DNA of 25,938 nt from a virus (taxonomy: Duplodnaviria; Caudoviricetes): IMG/VR virus record IMGVR_UViG_3300012664_000136, positions 1 to 25,938 of that record; one strand, given 5' to 3'. Both the position numbers and the translations under genes were made by a program. Below the pieces are notes generated by a model. It worked only from the letters and a program-made list of their open reading frames with translations. It had not been told where the DNA came from and did no database searches. Positions 24,255-25,938 of this stretch are shown in pieces. Numbering within the stretch: position 1 is the first letter of the stretch; every line of letters begins with the position of its first letter.

Positions 24255-24779
24255 TTATTTCATATCTAGCACTAAATCTTTATATTTTTTTATAATTTCT
24301 TTTAACTCGTCTTTCGTAAACTTTCTTTCTATATGTGCTATTGAATCTAAATCAGATAATTTATCTGCTCCATATCTTTTTATAAATCCTAACCTGTAAT
24401 TATTTATATCACCTGACTTATCTTTATTGCAAGGTCTTGAGCATTGAGCATTAACATTAAATTCATTAAAACGCAGGTTGCTATGACCTCCTGCACTCCA
24501 CATATGTCCTGCATCCACATTTCCTTTTCGTATTGGTTTATTGCAAGAAATACAATTTAACCCCTCATCCCTTAATCTGATGTACTTGTTGAATATTGTC
24601 TGTGCTTCCTTTAACCAATCCTGTGTAGTTTTTAACTCTGTTTTCATTCGTTTTTTTGTTTCTTTCCATTGTTTTTGTTGGAAATCTACAACAGCAGCTT
24701 TTAAACATTCATGTTGTAAACAATATTTTTGATTGAATCTGATAGGTTCAAACTTTTGTTTGCAGTTTTTACATCTCAT
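24255..24779 (-). CDS. ninG: NinG/Rap-family junction endonuclease
   Basis: N-terminal CxxC...C-x-x-x-x-C, FNKYIRLRD, CISC, DAGH, LRFNE-x-N-x-x-x-QC and CN motifs. Confidence 0.9.
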   Translation of the reverse strand: MRCKNCKQKFEPIRFNQKYCLQHECLKAAVVDFQQKQWKETKKRMKTELKTTQDWLKEAQTIFNKYIRLRDEGLNCISCNKPIRKGNVDAGHMWSAGGHSNLRFNEFNVNAQCSRPCNKDKSGDINNYRLGFIKRYGADKLSDLDSIAHIERKFTKDELKEIIKKYKDLVLDMK

Positions 24780-24976
24780 AACGGTAATTTAGTGATTGAA
24801 TATTTATTAAAGTTATCCTTGTTTAACTGATATCCTAATTTTTCATACATTTTTAAATAACGATAAACTGATCGTTCTGAAATTTGTAAATATCTAACCA
24901 TTGCATAAATTGGTCTTGGTTTAATTTGTAAATATTCCATTAATTTAATTACTCTAAAAATTCTATTTTGATTCAT
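24776..24976 (-). CDS. Stand-alone winged-HTH (HTH_11-like) protein
   Basis: L-x-ISERSVYRYL-x-x-x-x-x-LG-x-x-L pattern. Confidence 0.7.
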   Translation of the reverse strand: MNQNRIFRVIKLMEYLQIKPRPIYAMVRYLQISERSVYRYLKMYEKLGYQLNKDNFNKYSITKLPL

Positions 24977-25233
24977 CAGTCTAAATTTATCGTTTCGTCA
25001 ATCCATTGTCTAAATAATAGCTGTAACTGCACCTGTTGCTCGTATATTTCATCTCGTTTTTCTCCATATACCTGTAAAACTTTGTAATCTACTTTCCTAA
25101 TTTCGTCGGCTAGTATGTTAGCTTTACGTTTTAAGTCTTGTTTGAAAACATATTGGTCATTTAAGTCCTCAATGAAGTCTGCTAATACTGGCAATACTGC
25201 ACATAGTGCAACTAATTTTTTCTCTTTAATCAT
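24976..25233 (-). CDS. Hypothetical protein
   Basis: 85-aa ORF coupled to both neighbours. Confidence 0.7.
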   Translation of the reverse strand: MIKEKKLVALCAVLPVLADFIEDLNDQYVFKQDLKRKANILADEIRKVDYKVLQVYGEKRDEIYEQQVQLQLLFRQWIDETINLD

Positions 25234-25651
25234 TTTTTGTTTTTTTAAATTGTTCTAGGTTTCCGTCTTTATCTACGTAAATAATTATGCTTTCTCCAGA
25301 GTTAACAAGTTTGTCGTATGTTTTACGCAATTCTTCTAAAGATAGATTACTTTCTTTCATAGTAAATGTTGTTTGATAGAATTGTTCTTTTTCCGTGTTT
25401 TCGTACAATTGATTATAATATTCTTCCTTGTTTATTGCTCTACTGAAATAAGCGTTGTTGTATCCTTGTTGGTACGCTTCTTTTATTTGTTCCTTAAATA
25501 ATTCATTTGCTTGCTTCACAAACTCGGATAAATCTATACACGACTTATAAGCGTTCCATAATTCAATTCCTACTACATCTCCATCATCATTGTACTTGTC
25601 TGCTTCGGTAAGTATGTTACCTACTAATTTGTCTATTGCCGTTTCTTTCAT
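25226..25651 (-). CDS. Distant array-family member outside the array
   Basis: MKETAIDKL...QANELFKEQIKEAYQQG...EEYYNQLY. Confidence 0.7.
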   Translation of the reverse strand: MKETAIDKLVGNILTEADKYNDDGDVVGIELWNAYKSCIDLSEFVKQANELFKEQIKEAYQQGYNNAYFSRAINKEEYYNQLYENTEKEQFYQTTFTMKESNLSLEELRKTYDKLVNSGESIIIYVDKDGNLEQFKKTKND

Positions 25652-25938
25652 AATTCTACGTTTTTGTATTTAAGTTCGTGTTCTAGTTCTTCAATTCTTT
25701 TTTTTAATTCTCCGTTTATGTGCAGACATCTGTTAATTTCTCGTCCGTGTAAACGTAGTTCTGTTTCAAGCTCTATGATTGCTAACTGCACCTGCTTTAA
25801 GTCGTTCTCCGTGTCTTTAGCTCCGTTTATGTACGCTTCTGCTGATGGTCGCTTTTCCTGTAGCTCTTCTCTTGTTAGCTTTACTTTCCAAATGTTCTTT
25901 TCTATCAGTCCTTTGATGTAAAGTAGTTTTAATCCTAT
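25648..25938 (-). CDS. Coiled-coil hypothetical protein (5' end outside window)
   Basis: Open frame of 97 codons from the window edge to TGA at 25648, with an ATGA overlap with the next gene. Confidence 0.65.
   Translation of the reverse strand: MGLKLLYIKGLIEKNIWKVKLTREELQEKRPSAEAYINGAKDTENDLKQVQLAIIELETELRLHGREINRCLHINGELKKRIEELEHELKYKNVEL

Noticed and set aside
3230-25921. All plus-strand ORFs in the track (e.g. 6656-7177, 16077-16394, 25664-25921)
   Set aside because: They are antisense shadows of well-supported minus-strand genes, with Ser/Phe/Leu-rich composition typical of reverse frames.
1-25938. tRNA, rRNA, integrase/att sites or stop-codon reassignment
   Set aside because: No cloverleaf-like or rRNA-like segments were noticed and intergenic gaps are tiny; no integrase is present; core genes are intact under the standard code.

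Overview
This is a ~26 kb fragment of a tailed dsDNA phage genome (siphovirus-like), most likely infecting Bacteroidota/Flavobacteriia: it has TAnnTTTG promoter boxes and A-rich starts without Shine-Dalgarno sequences. All real genes are on the minus strand. In transcription order (right to left) it carries: early genes, a recombination module (NinG/Rap-like, ERF annealing protein, YqaJ/lambda-type exonuclease), a ~3.7 kb array of small ORFs, an SSB-like gene, an ECF-type sigma factor, terminase, tail genes, protease/scaffold/capsid, tail tube, portal, a tail-fibre-like gene, holin and a truncated GH108 endolysin. The most striking feature is the array at ~18861-22591. Gene-sized units are joined by an invariant 18-nt repeat (AAACAACAAGAACAATGA on the minus strand; 8 perfect, 1 single-mismatch and 2 degenerate copies) that supplies the stop codon of one gene and the ATG of the next. 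The repeat is conserved even where it is non-coding, and many units are mosaic paralogs, which suggests a plug-in gene-cassette system. Also visible are a five-site ECF-type promoter motif (RCAAC-N16/17-CGT), a -1 frameshift in a tail chaperone, and an 11-codon relic of a possible former terminase small subunit. All functional calls come from motif recognition only; no searches were run.
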